The notes beneath the pieces were generated by a model. That model saw only the letters and a list, made by a program, of their open reading frames with translations. It was not told where the DNA came from and ran no database searches. Made by a program: the position numbers and the translations under genes. DNA of 32,425 nt. Source: Callorhinchus milii (Eukaryota). The stretch's first letter is position 1, and each line of letters opens with the position of its first letter. The stretch is taken from assembly GCF_018977255.1 (NCBI RefSeq), contig NW_024705599.1, positions 1 to 32,425 of the forward strand, in the 5' to 3' direction. Positions 1 to 11,254 of the stretch are shown here, one piece after another.

Positions 1-695
1 ATTCGTTTAATTGCCCCTATTTTAGCGTTTGGACGAATATTTGGCATATTCATACAAACGGTTATCCACATTGGCAACACGTTTTTCATGAGCTCTCAAC
101 AAAATGAGCAGCATGTAGACTTGAATTGACTTCTTCCGATGCTTTGTAATTTGGTCAGTTGTAAAAGAATACGGTTTTACCGCATAGGCCCACGGGATAG
201 TCTAAAGAGTTAATGAAAGGTGACAGAAGAAAGAGGGACCTAAGCTTGCACTGCCATATAGTATTACAGCAGACAAATCGGTTGAACACAGATGTGCTCA
301 TCATGAACAAAAAACTTTGAAAAATCCAACAGTGCTAGACATTATGGGTTAGAGGTTGACCACTTGACCTTTGAGTTATCCGAGGAATTTTAAATGTTCC
401 TCTGCTGTGATTAACAAGTTCAGCATGCAATCATGTGTGAAGACGCTATGGCTCTGGTAGAGCTTGAGTTTTGATTTCCTCTCTCTTCGCTCCAGAGGAA
501 ATGATAAACTACTGTATTAAGATGATTTGAACGTCATATATATCTATCTTTGTGACCATATTCTCCACAATCTTCGGGGCTAGTGTCGAGAAAACTCACT
601 TCACATACCATTAAATCTTGTGTAAATGTAAGTGTATGTTTCCAACACTGTATTTTTCTCTTATATGCTGTACTATATATAATATATTTGTCAAC

Positions 696-934
696 CCACT
701 GCTTGATGAAGGCCTGCCAAAGCTATCAGCCATGGGGGTTGTTTGACCATACTTCCCCATGCTGGGTTAGTATAGGGGTGGTGAAGGGAGGGGGAGTGGG
801 GCAGTGGTGAGCATAAGAGAGAGAAAGGGAGTCTGGGACTGATTCAGCTATCACTCAGCACTTAGGTTAACCATGGCCAAGAGTCGAACGTAGGTCACCA
901 GGTTCATGGTAGAGTGCACCAACAACTTGCCTCA
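696..934 (-). mobile_element. tRNA-derived SINE with RTE-LINE-like 3' tail (degenerate)
   Basis: The minus strand has a tRNA-like head (…ggcaagttgttggtgcactctaccatgaacctggtgacctacGTTCGACTC). The body motif 'tttgaccatacttc' is shared with 5985-6020 and 24800-24825. The end 'ccactgcttgatgaaggcct' resembles the reverse complement of RTE 3' ends. Confidence 0.65.
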
Positions 935-989
935 TCACTCTACCCTCTACCCCCAATCTATATCATTAACATATTCAGCCATGAGTTAT

Positions 990-1052
990 CTACTGCTGGA
1001 TGATGTCCTCCCCAAGTTGCTACCACCTCTCATGCTCCTGCGTTGCAACAAG
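990..1052 (-). repeat. RTE-like LINE/SINE 3' tail fragment
   Basis: ctactgctggatgatgtcctccccaagttgctaccacctctcatgctcc is similar to 5851-5900. Confidence 0.45.
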
Positions 1053-1787
1053 TCTCTCTGTATTAATATCAGAAACTATTGCTCGTAAAATGTAACAAAA
1101 CAATACAATCATGTTGTCAGAGGGAAGGGTAACACTTGTAGACACATGTGACCGTGTTCACGAGTTGCATATCTTATGAATGAATGTGCCAGTGTTTAAA
1201 TAAAAAAGAACGCAGGACAAATATCACATCAACAGATGTTGTTCCCACCCTTGGTCAAAGCATACATATCCAAGGGGAACTAATCGCCATCAAGGTTCAA
1301 ATGGGCATGTCTATGTCAATCACGAACACGCAATTTGACTTCCCTCCGCCCACCTAATTCAACTGAAAGATGTCAAGCCATCATCTTGTTTTTATTGCAT
1401 GGAGGGCTTAGCAAACAACCAAAGCCCAATGCATGCAAATAAGAGCCAGGAGGTTGCTCACACAGAGCCTAAAAATCAGAGGTTGACACGGCATTCGCAT
1501 AAAGGGACAGGCGAAAGGGCAGAGCGAGAGTTTAGGGGAATTTGCAGAGGAACACCATTTGAGAAAATTGCATACGCAAAAGACTGGGTTGACATGTTAT
1601 CAATATAGGTCTTAAAATATTAAGTTAATTATGAATACTGTTACAGTAAAAGTGAGTTACTGCTCAAATGAGCACTGAGGCAGATATTATATCCTGTTTA
1701 CAGCCCTGAACCTGTGGTGACAATTCCTCACTCCAATAGCAGGGGCGAATCTCTCCATAGAACAACCACTGTTAACTTCCTCACAAC

Positions 1788-1904
1788 GTGGTACCTATTT
1801 TAATGACCACAGAGGGATGATGGGCCGAATCAACTTTCAACCAGGATTTGAACTTTCAACCTTCCGATTGCGAGTGGCACTTTTTACCGCTGAGCCACCT
1901 GGCC
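1788..1904 (-). mobile_element. tRNA-derived SINE
   Basis: The minus strand has an A-box GTGGCTCAGCGG and a B-box GTTCAAATCC. These are followed by gttgattcggcccatcatccctctgtggtcattaaaataggtacc, which resembles the 'gtcgactcagccttccatcc…aaatgagtacc' SINE core also seen at 12410-12440. Confidence 0.7.
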
Positions 1905-3680
1905 TGAGTAATTATCAACATATTTATATATTGTGTCAAGTTTATTTAGTTTAACCAGAAGATAAATCAAGAAACCATGATACGTTTCCTTTGCAAGAGT
2001 GACCTGGGGCTTTATTCTGCCAACAGAGGATAATAATTGCTATCCATCATTAAAAAATTGCATAAATTTGGTCCCTGATGCAGGCATACAATGGCCTACT
2101 CTTGCGAATGATGTCAGGGAATCTTTAATGTTCACTGTAAAGCAGACGTCACGTAGTATGTTTATTACACCCACAGAAAATCGGGTCAACTAGACCCACT
2201 TTAAGATACGTGGTCAAAAGTGAATACATCATTCAACGGCCCGGGCACACAGATGGCCTGGTTGCAAATTGGCATTGAACAAGATTCTGGCTCTTGATAA
2301 CAGCTGATAGGGAGTGTTAACTTACGCTCTGTGTGGATAGGCTATTTTATATCTGTCCATTATTTATTTGGTCTGGGTTTTGTCATGTATTTCCAACAGG
2401 GAAACAATAACAATTAAGGGGTTTGGACTATCAGGCTTTGCTTCAGGGTCATCCTTAGGTTGAACGTGTGATTCTGTCGTTGAACATATAAGGTTTAAGG
2501 AGGCCATTCACAAGAATGCAGTCTCACAGGTCAGAACTCTCCCATGTGTTTCTAACTGATGTGTTTGGATCTGTTTCAGACGTGTATTTTTCGAACAGGT
2601 AACAACAATAATTAAGAGTTGGAACTCCTAAGCTAGCTGGAAGGTCATCCAACGGCCAGAGCGCAATCCTGCCACTAAGATAACACTGCTGCGTAGAGGA
2701 CATCTGAATTTGCTGACTCAAACAACAGGAAGTGGGTTTGGCCAAATCAAAGCACCCCCATGGTATCCAATGGGAACATTTATGTGCTCGAGTTTGCCAC
2801 CCAGACAGAGCGCATGGGGATAGCTGCCCATGGTGAGCCAGCTCCAAAGAGTCTGGTAATTTACACACGAGGATGAGAGAGGACAGAGGGAAGCAGCACT
2901 CGCACCTAGGCAGAGGATGAAAGCGGGAGCCAGTGCCTCCTTCAGCAGCCTAGGTGAAATCACCGTTTGTGGAGAGCGACGTGATCAGAGGCATACCCAG
3001 AATATAAGTACTTAGAGCCTCAGTTTTTCCTTGATAATTGATGAACCTGTGAGATGAGCGTGGTTATCTGATATAATGTATAAGGATGGAAAAAAGTAAG
3101 TGGGAGAATGTGCTTTTCCACAGTGAAGTAGCATGCTCGGCATGGGCCCTGGTGAAAGGAATAACAAAAAAGAGGCCTCCGGTCCAATATCCCCCCCCCC
3201 CCCCTCTTCAAAGCCTGGTGCTTGTGTCACTACGGCCTGTGAGCTCCAGTGCAGTTGCACTGACTGCACAACTCGATAACTACGTCACTGCGCTTTACCA
3301 AAGCGAGATTCTGTAGCAATGTAATAACTGTGCTGCCATGATTATGCTGCTCCTGCTGTTGCTTGTCCTTATGCTGCCTGTGAAACAAGCCTGAGCACAA
3401 ACCCTTACGTGGTGAGATAACTGTGTGATTAGTACTACGCGTTGTTGCTGCTGCTAGTGGTCAATGCTAGTGCTGGTGGTCAACGTCGCTGCTTCTGCTG
3501 CTGCTAGAACTTCATGAACTCCTGGTGCACGCTGCTGCCTGGTGCTTGCTCGCACTGCTATAGTCAATGATGCTGCAGACCAATGCTTGGGGTCAACCAT
3601 AATTCCGTACCACGACCTTGTTAAAACGCATGCACAAACTCAGGGGAACATTACACATTTGTTAAACAATTTTTAACAAA

Positions 3681-4460
3681 TGAACTTTATGACGGGACCC
3701 CGGGGTCCCGCATAAACGGAAGTCAAAATTGTAATTAGTAAATTTATTTTTGGAGACTCCGTCCCACCGCGCACATAAACGCCGCGACCCACCTGGCGCG
3801 GATCATTCTGTTGTCACGTCGTGTCCAAGCGCAGCAGCAGCGAGGACGAATGCGCACAAGAGCTGAGCGAATGCTGCACTCCATGCTCGGGTATGGACAG
3901 GATCATAAGCCTTATCCAAAGCTGCTCAAACTGCAGCTTTACAGTCAAACTGCTCTCTTATCTTCATTACTATTTGTGACCTACCAATGTCTACAGCCAG
4001 GATCAATCGATAACAATCCAATTACCTGCAGATATGCATCTGTACAGATAGTTTTTTTTTTGCGGTTAAGCCATAGTCCCCACATACCGCTCGTATCAAT
4101 GCGGATAAGAGGAGCGGCGACCCACACTACTCTGTAGAGTAACATTGGTATAAACGCTTGTTACAATATGAACAGCGCATTGAAAACGCGTACTATTTTA
4201 TGTACTGTTTACAAAGTGTGTTCACAAATCGACACTGAGAAACACGATGATTGACAGAGGGTGTAAATTATTTTTTCGATAGTGTTTTTAAATAGAGGTA
4301 CTGCAGGTAAGTAGTTTTCAGTTTTAAAGGCATAGTTTAACAAGATAACACTTGCCACCATCCTTCAAACCCATTGGTGAAAAAGAGCAAAGTTCTTGTT
4401 TACATTCTAATATAATGTTTATGCGAGAGGGGACCCCGGGGTCCCTTTCATGAGGTTTAA
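3681..4460. mobile_element. Non-autonomous DNA transposon (MITE-like) with terminal inverted repeats
   Basis: The left end aactttatgacGGGACCCCGGGGTCCCgcataaac (3683-3717) is an imperfect inverted copy of the right end gtttatgcgagagGGGACCCCGGGGTCCCtttcatgaggtt (4417-4457). It is flanked by TGAA and TTAA. No transposase ORF. Confidence 0.6.
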
Positions 4461-5826
4461 TGTTAAATGCTAAACAGAATGAGTGATATGGTGTGATTTT
4501 TTCTCGATTATGCATTCCGCTCTCGCCCTCACCGCCTTTGCATACGATGAAAGGCTTTGATGCCCACAACTAAATGTGACTAAATTTATCATTTTATCCA
4601 GCTTCATACAAATATTGTGGATGTTAAATATTGTCCCGAAATTGTATTTGTTCTGACGATAAGAATTAAGAAGGGAGGCGTAGCCCCCTTCAGCTTTCCA
4701 ATGCTCGAGTCCATCATCCACTGGCCCGGCTGTGATTAAAAACATTCCAAGAAGAGCTCCATTCACATTCATCCCGGTGACATTGTGTGATGGTTCTTGG
4801 AACGGGCAAACAAGAATTCATGTTAGTTTTAAAAAAAATATTTTGACCGACATTACTATCCTACTTAATCTATAGGTCATAGGTTGTTCATGAAAAGTTT
4901 ATAGCAAGCCAATGAGTGTAGTAGTCAGAGAGAATAAGAGGTGTTTAGTAATCTTACAGTGCAGTAATGCTCAATTGAGGTTGGTGACAACAGAGAGTCA
5001 GCGATCTCTGACCACTAGAACCAGTTATATAAATCTTGGATACTGTTTTATAATTAAATCTGTACTTGGAAGAGTATTACCTTTATTTGATTTCCGGCGT
5101 AATTATAATTTCAACGACGTTGGTTGTAATCGCATTGGTCTTTTTTGTGGTTGAATGTGTCGCCCACAAATGCATAAGGTGACATACATTAAACTCGTGG
5201 CTGCTCGTCTGAAAGCAACCTTGAATATGTTTAGTGAATAAATTAAGTCCTGACTATACTTATGACATCAACTGCACACGCGAGGTACAAAGCACTACAG
5301 TACATTCTAAGAAATCGCATTTTTTCTCATGCTATATTCTTAAAAGTTAAAATGCTGCCAGCTACACGCTACACATACGCACTTACGTCTTTGAAAAGTG
5401 TCCTACATCAGTGCCTTATTGTAATACTTGCACATGCCTATACACACCACAGTAAAAACATAATAGCCTAAAACATTTTAATCTATAACATTTTATTGTC
5501 AATGTGATTTAGAATGCCCAAGGCAGCCGTCAAAATACTGTCATAAAAAACTGCTATAACCAGACATGACAAGACGAGCAGCGCACAAGACTTAAATATA
5601 TCAGACCAAACATGCCACGCTTACGTGAGCCTTCACCGTTGGGAGTGTGTCTGCATTTCTGACATTAACAGGCATTGGTGTCATGTGTTATAACATGCCA
5701 CAAGAAAGTGCGCTTTCAGGCAAGGGTATGTTTATCCGACCCGATTAAAACACACCTAATAATACATTTGTGAATACATATGCAGCCCGAGCATAAATTA
5801 TATATTTGTAGAACTAGGTTATGGTA

Positions 5827-6125
5827 TCATCATCATCATAATCTCACATTCACTACTGGATGAACGACTCCCCAAGCTGTTGCCATCTCTCAAGCTCCTA
5901 CGATGTAGCAAGGTTATGGTATAATAGTACGTGATTTTTTAGCAAATTGTCATTCCATTTCAGTATGTAGGCCTCCTATACCGTCCATGGGGGTGCATGG
6001 CCATACTTCACCGCGCTGGTCATTGCTGGTTGGTGAAGGGGGACTATTTCAGATACCAGCCGCCACCGATTATCGTCATGGTCAGGAATGGAATTCAGGT
6101 CATTACTGCACCGCCACTTAACTCC
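5827..6125 (-). mobile_element. tRNA-derived SINE with RTE-like tail and (GAT)n end
   Basis: (ATC)n run at 5827-5838, then an RTE-like tail (cactactggatgaacgactcccc), then the shared body ccatggggg…ccatacttcaccgcgctggtca, and a degenerate tRNA head near 6080-6125. Confidence 0.55.
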
Positions 6126-6530
6126 AGCTCATGGTTTTAACAGTTATACTATGCTTCTTTTGAATTGAGTGCTCTTGTGGAATATCACTCGTATACTCTA
6201 TGTGTGTGCTTGCCAGAAAAGGATAAAACAAATACAATAATAGAGAGCTTTGGCAATGCCATCGAGTAGGAAGGTAGCTCGGTGGCTCTCAGTGTGATCG
6301 TTTTGCCCTGGTTAGTGCTTTATCAGAATTTTTGAAGATGACATCCTAGGCATTTCACCCATAATAAAATGTAGTTTATCTAATGAGTGATCATGTCTAC
6401 CAATGACTACAAAAGACACCCATTGGAATGAATTAGCACATTTGACTGTACCCTTCAGAGGGATTATTTGGCATATGTTTTAAAGTGCTGTCATCTCAAA
6501 AATTGGTATTCTAAGTACTATAAAGAATAA

Positions 6531-6698
6531 TATTCTTGCTTCTTTCGATAAAGTCACGTAGAAGGGAAATAATAAAATGTGAGAATTTTATTGTTTTATT
6601 TTTAGAATTTTTATTATTTTATTATTTCCCTTCTACGTGCCTTTACCGAAAGAACCAATAATATGAATCCCTGCAGTCACGAAAGCTTTAATTCGAAA
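6531..6698 (+). mobile_element. PLE terminal-repeat fold-back insertion A (no ribozyme core retained)
   Basis: Short inverted arm 6531-6578 plus full arm 6579-6698 (ctacgtg…ccgaaagaacc…tccctgcagtcacgaaagcttt). Exact 12-bp TSD tataaagaataa at 6519-6530 and 6699-6710. Confidence 0.9.
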
Positions 6699-7825
6699 TA
6701 TAAAGAATAAATAAAGTTTCAATTTTAAATATTCATAAACCACCTAATTAAGGATACATTTGATTCACCTGGTTATAAATAAAAGCGCAATGCATATTAG
6801 ATAAAAATGTATGAACGAAAACATTTCGTCTGTGCTTGTATGATGATAACACAACTGCAAATATAAATTATGGATTAAGTAAGTGTTGCTGCTTTGTTCG
6901 CCTTTACAATTAAGCTCATTATTTCACTGCTGAAATAGATACGCATACTTGTCTCGTGCAGCTGTGAGGGCTCACCACTTGTTGAAGATGATGTACCAAC
7001 GCTTGTGTGTGGACTATCTGCTCGACTCACCAATGCCCTCTTGTGTTTAAGCTCAAATAATGGCACCCGAAGATTATAGTTGTTGTACATTGTTTGGCGA
7101 TGCTGCGTTGGCAGTAGCGCACAGGGAAGATGAACATTAAACTCATACTCGTCAACGACGCTGCCTTAGAAGACTAACGTGTGATCAGTGACGTTTCTTC
7201 AACGCTTGTTCCGCAGACTGCATTTTTGCACTCTATTAATAGTATATTACTGCAAGATTTTTTGTCTTATTTGTTGTTTTCTTGGTGAAGTTGGGAAAAA
7301 GGTCCATAAGCTATACATGATTTCAAAACTATTTTTTTTAAGATGTGCTCATGTTATATATCATGCAACGTGTTATCTGGCCATACAAGACTGTGGTAAT
7401 CATATACAATCAACAATTTTCAATTGTTGATGAGTTGGGGACAAGTTTTATCGGGAAGTGTTTGTAATCCACGTCAGCAGGCAAAATGAAGCAAAAATAA
7501 ACGGTGCACATGAAAACATCCACGACAAATTACATTCAATAGAAATTTCAATTTACAGACGAGTGTGTACAATTTATGTAATGCACTTTAATATGGATTG
7601 CAGTATAAACGGTACATATGACGTATACACAAGGGAACGATTAGTCGCCCTGCCGCCAGCGTTGCCAACTTTCTGGGACGAGGGAATTCTGTACATTTCC
7701 GAGCGAACCAAGGTGCTTTTTAAGGATCCCGCATCAGGTTACTGTGCTTAATACGTGATATTTATGACTCGATTTGTGGGCTATCTAGCGACATCTAGCG
7801 ACCAATGAGTGAGGTTGGTTTGTTC

Positions 7826-7979
7826 TAGATTTGAAGCTTTCGTGACTGCAAGGATCCCATACTCTTAGTTCTTTCGGTAAAGTCACGTAGGTAAAAAATG
7901 AAATTAAAATTAATAACAAAAAATAAAACAATAAAATCACGACGTTTCGGAGGCAACACAAGCTTCCGTCTTCAGGTGA
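7826..7979 (-). mobile_element. PLE terminal-repeat copy B (single arm with hammerhead; may extend to about 8080)
   Basis: Reverse complement of the family 3' motif at 7828-7892, an A/T-rich spacer, and a hammerhead at 7937-7979. Confidence 0.85.
7937..7979 (-). ncRNA. Minimal type I hammerhead ribozyme HHR1
   Basis: Minus strand: tcac CTGAAGA c GGAAGC ttgtgtt GCCTCC GAAAC GTC^gtga. Conserved core, stem I tcac/gtga, palindromic 2-bp stem III. Confidence 0.9.
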
Positions 7980-8913
7980 AACTGTCACAGCAAATTATCT
8001 GTATCAAGTGAAGAGAAGTCCCAAGAGGCACGACCTTATATCGTGGTAGAGGAGTTGTGAAGTGGTCAACTACTGCTTTTTGGTTTGTCTCACTTCCCAC
8101 CTTTAGTCCATGAGCCCAGAGAAGATATTTGACTTGTCAGTACCACTTAATATTATTTAGCTTGAGTGGTTCAAATTTAGTTATGTGGCTAGTAACAGCG
8201 AATAATGTAATACGCATGTTAAATAGCCGAGTTGGCAAATAATTAACTCTTATTTGCAAAAAAATAAATATCGTTACGACTAAAGTTGTTTCCACCTTAA
8301 GTGATATCAGTGTCGACTCTGACCCATGAGCTACTTGAAGGAGTTGGCTAGTGGCCCCTGAGAATGCGAATCCATCGCATCGATCAGCGGTTAGCCATTC
8401 GATTCTCAAATTTACAATATAATTTCTTCCCATGATTACCCTACAGTATAGTTAATGTAAACAGTTGAATGGTACTATTCACCACGGATATTAATGATAC
8501 GAAATTAACGCATCCCCTTCATGACATCGTCCTGCACAATTCCATCATATCGATCGTCTGCTGTAAGTTGAACGTAGTACGTAGCTAACCGTGCTGATTT
8601 TGGGGTGTGGGTGGCAGGAAAACAAACTAAAAACAATGTTATTGGACCCGGATTTATTCCTATAGTGCTATGAGCAGATTTATAAATACGTAGGGAAAGA
8701 TGGATGGGGTGTGGCCAAACTAAATCCATGGAGCGGTGTTCTGGACTTGTTCCAAGCATATTTACGGGGTTTAATCATCTCAGTTTTTGTATTCGCGAAC
8801 AATTCAGTGTACAGGGCGGTCTAGATGTCTTGTGATCCCTCAATGAGTTGACCCCTAACATTGTTTTCCCGTTGCATAGCAATTTATGTTTCAAATAAAC
8901 TTTACTTTAACAA

Positions 8914-9095
8914 TTTTCGTTGGTTCTTTCGGTAAAGTCACGTAGATATAAAATAAAATAAATAATAATAAAAACCAAACCTCACGACGTTTGGTTTTTA
9001 ATTATTTTTATGTTTATTTTATTTCTATTTACGTGACTTTACCGAAATAACCAAAGAATATGTCCGTGCAGTCACCAAAGTTTTACGTCAAAACC
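8914..9095 (+). mobile_element. PLE terminal-repeat fold-back insertion C (diverged)
   Basis: The inverted arm reaches a ribozyme remnant (cacgacgttt, 8983-8992), and a direct arm follows. Exact 12-bp TSD ttactttaacaa at 8902-8913 and 9096-9107. Confidence 0.85.
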
Positions 9096-9247
9096 TTACT
9101 TTAACAAAACGCAAAATATAACGTGGTTTTCGCGGATGCGGTTTTAGGGTGGACCATGAGCTTCGTGGGAGGAGACCAAACCCGGGGAGCTTTCTGCGTT
9201 GGGGTCTTTGACCAGGTAGTAAGTAGTTATAACAAACTTTATTTGAA

Positions 9248-9420
9248 TCTTTCTTTGGTTCTTTCGGTAAAGTCACGTAGAAAGAAATAAAATAAAATAA
9301 TTAGAGTTGTGTTGTCTCTCTGCGTGCGTGTCTGTCTTTTGTCTCTCTCTCAAATTTCCTTCTAGCTGATGACGGTTGTTTGTGTTGCAATCGAAACGTC
9401 GTACTCTATTATTTAATGTT
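9248..9420 (+). mobile_element. PLE terminal-repeat insertion D (inverted short arm plus hammerhead; 3' motif of the direct arm missing)
   Basis: ttggttctttcggtaaagtcacgtag at 9255-9280 and a + strand hammerhead at 9363-9403. No TSD found. Confidence 0.75.
9363..9403 (+). ncRNA. Minimal type I hammerhead ribozyme HHR2
   Basis: tag CTGATGA c GGTTGT ttgtgtt GCAATC GAAAC GTC^gta. Stem II is fully paired with G-U pairs; the first stem I pair is mismatched. Confidence 0.8.
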
Positions 9421-9539
9421 TTTCTCTCGAGTTATTCTAGTTAGAACAACTCCTAGTGGTGCCACCACGTGCCTCGTGAAAGTGAAATCCCTGGCACTGG
9501 TGGCTGATGGGCCCTGCCACCTGTCACCTCTGCACCGTC

Positions 9540-9680
9540 TCGCGATGCCCCGCCCACTCCCCCCCCCCCCCCCGTTGAGAGGGGGGGGGCGGATTCTTCG
9601 CTCTCTGATTGGCCAAGAGTTTTCCCGCCTTTTTAAAAATCTCTTTGGCGTCGAGCGCACTCGCGGTTTTCCCGCTGAGG
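9540..9680 (+). promoter_or_regulatory. Candidate CpG-rich promoter with GC boxes, inverted CCAAT box and E2F sites
   Basis: CCCCGCCC 9548-9555, GGGGCGG about 9586-9592, ATTGG 9608-9612, TTTCCCGC 9621-9628 and 9668-9675, TTTAAA 9632-9637, TTTGGCG 9644-9650. Locally CpG-rich. Confidence 0.5.
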
Positions 9681-10213
9681 AGCTTCGTTTACACAAGCAA
9701 ATACTGTATATTTCTAACCAACGCGAAAGAAAACATCAAACAACCGACAATTAACGTCGACTAACACCAAGCCAGCACTGAGCGGCGTGGACAACTCACT
9801 TCGTGTGTGCGCAAGCACGACGTCTGGGCCAGTTTCCCCTCAGCCACGACTCAGAATCCACAACAACTGAGGTGTAATATCATACATTGCTGTCATAACT
9901 ATTGTCTGTATTAGCATAGTTGTGGGGGTGGTCAATTGGTGGTCCAATGTGTAACGACAATCGTTCGTGTCGTCATGGAGAATATAAGTAACATGGTATG
10001 ATCGATGCCTTATTCACACATATGTACCTCCACGTAAAAACATTTTTTTAACACTTCCTTAAAAGTGCATCGTTTCAGGAACATTGTTTAAATTCAAGCA
10101 AACTACCGGTGTCGTCTCACATGGTAGTCAGGCTTCAACCAATGCTTGCGAACTGCGAGATTATAATCTTTATTTATACCGCAGGAGGAATCCGAAGAGC
10201 TATAAAGCTCTTG

Positions 10214-10457
10214 GTTCTTTCGGTAAAGTCACGTAGAAGAGAAATAATAAAATAATATGAAACAATAACAATTCTCAAGATGTTTCGATTGCAACACAAG
10301 CAATCATCATCAGGTGTGAAATCCACAACAATATTTATTATTTTTATTATTTTATTGGTTTATATTGTTATTATTTTACTATTTCCCTTCTACGTGACTT
10401 TACCGAAAGAACCAAGAATATGAATCCCTGCAGTCACGAAAGCTTTAAATAAAAATT
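10214..10457 (+). mobile_element. PLE terminal-repeat fold-back insertion E
   Basis: The inverted arm carries HHR3 and the direct arm ends in gaaagctttaaat. TSD ta(t/c)aaagctcttg at 10201-10213 and 10458-10470 (one mismatch). Confidence 0.88.
10276..10316 (-). ncRNA. Hammerhead ribozyme HHR3 (decayed)
   Basis: Minus strand: cac CTGATGA t GATTGC ttgtgtt GCAATC GAAAC ATC^ttg. Stem II is perfect; GTC has become ATC and stem I has a mismatch. Confidence 0.75.
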
Positions 10458-10792
10458 TACAAAGCTCTTGTTCAAGGGTGCCCCAGTAAGTAGGGGCACG
10501 GGGTAAGAACATTACAGATGTTAAGAAGTTATAGGCACGAATGCTCTTCCTTAGTCAAAGCTAAACTAAACAAATACAGCCCTACATCGGTAGAACATCT
10601 TCACTCATAAGAAATTCAGAACATCTTGTGAATGTGATCAAAGATATTAAACTTAACCCTAATGATATTCTGGTGAGTTTTGATGTGATTTCGTATTCAC
10701 AAAGGTTCCAGTGAGCGAGTCGCTTAAATTAATTGATACGCTGGTAAAGAATACAGGTTTACCAAAAGATATTCCGAAACTCGCTGAACATT

Positions 10793-11021
10793 AAATTTCG
10801 ATTTAAAGCTTTCGTGACTTCAGGGATTCATCTTTCGGTAAAGTCACGTAGAAGGGAAATAATAAAATAATTTTAAAAAAAAACCAATTAAAATTATTCT
10901 CACGACGTTTCGGCCACAACGCAAGCAGCCGTCCTCAGGTGAATTATTTTATTATGTTTTATTTTTATTATTTTATTACTTCCCTTCTACGTGACTTTAC
11001 CGAAAGAACCAAGAAGATGAT
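10793..11021 (-). mobile_element. PLE terminal-repeat fold-back insertion F (inside the RT fragment)
   Basis: Full arm on the minus strand with HHR4, short arm on +. Exact 12-bp TSD tcgctgaacatt at 10781-10792 and 11022-11033. Removing it restores the RT reading frame. Confidence 0.92.
10899..10943 (-). ncRNA. Minimal type I hammerhead ribozyme HHR4
   Basis: Minus strand: ttcac CTGAGGA c GGCTGC ttgcgtt GTGGCC GAAAC GTC^gtgag. All stems pair. Confidence 0.92.
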
Positions 11022-11254
11022 TCGCTGAACATTGTTTGAATAACACTTTTACCTGTAGGGGCACGGGGTAAGAACGTTTCAGTGTCAAGATGTTATAGGC
11101 ACGGATGCTCTTCCTTACGATATCGTTCCTTAGTCAAAGCTAAGTTATATTTGTATGCAGTATATAAGACAAAATAATCACAAGTAGTGACTAATCCCAT
11201 ATCTGCATTTTCCATAAATATGTAAATTCCTTTGTCAAGGCGCCCACCTCCACT

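Larger units (their letters stand above)
10571..11050 (+). pseudogene. Penelope-like reverse transcriptase fragment, frameshifted and interrupted by insertion F
   Basis: Manual translation gives QIQPYIGRTSSLIRNSEHLVNVIKDIKLNPNDILVSFDVIS / (1-nt loss) FTKVPVSESLKLIDTLVKNTGLPKDIPKLAEH / (after the insertion) CLNNTF. This matches the PLE RT motif 'LVSFDVxSLFTxVP…CL.NN.F'. Confidence 0.85.

Noticed and set aside
1788..1904. Genuine tRNA genes at the A/B-box sites (also 860-934, 12480-12547, 24697-24760)
   Set aside because: No complete cloverleaf or acceptor stem, and each continues into a shared SINE body.
7815..8091. Possible TSD for copy B (ttggtttgttct versus ttggtttgtctc)
   Set aside because: Imperfect and low-complexity, so it was not counted.
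9380..9754. 124-aa (+) and 95-aa (-) ORFs
   Set aside because: They arise from the ribozyme sequence and GC-rich homopolymer runs; no recognisable protein features.
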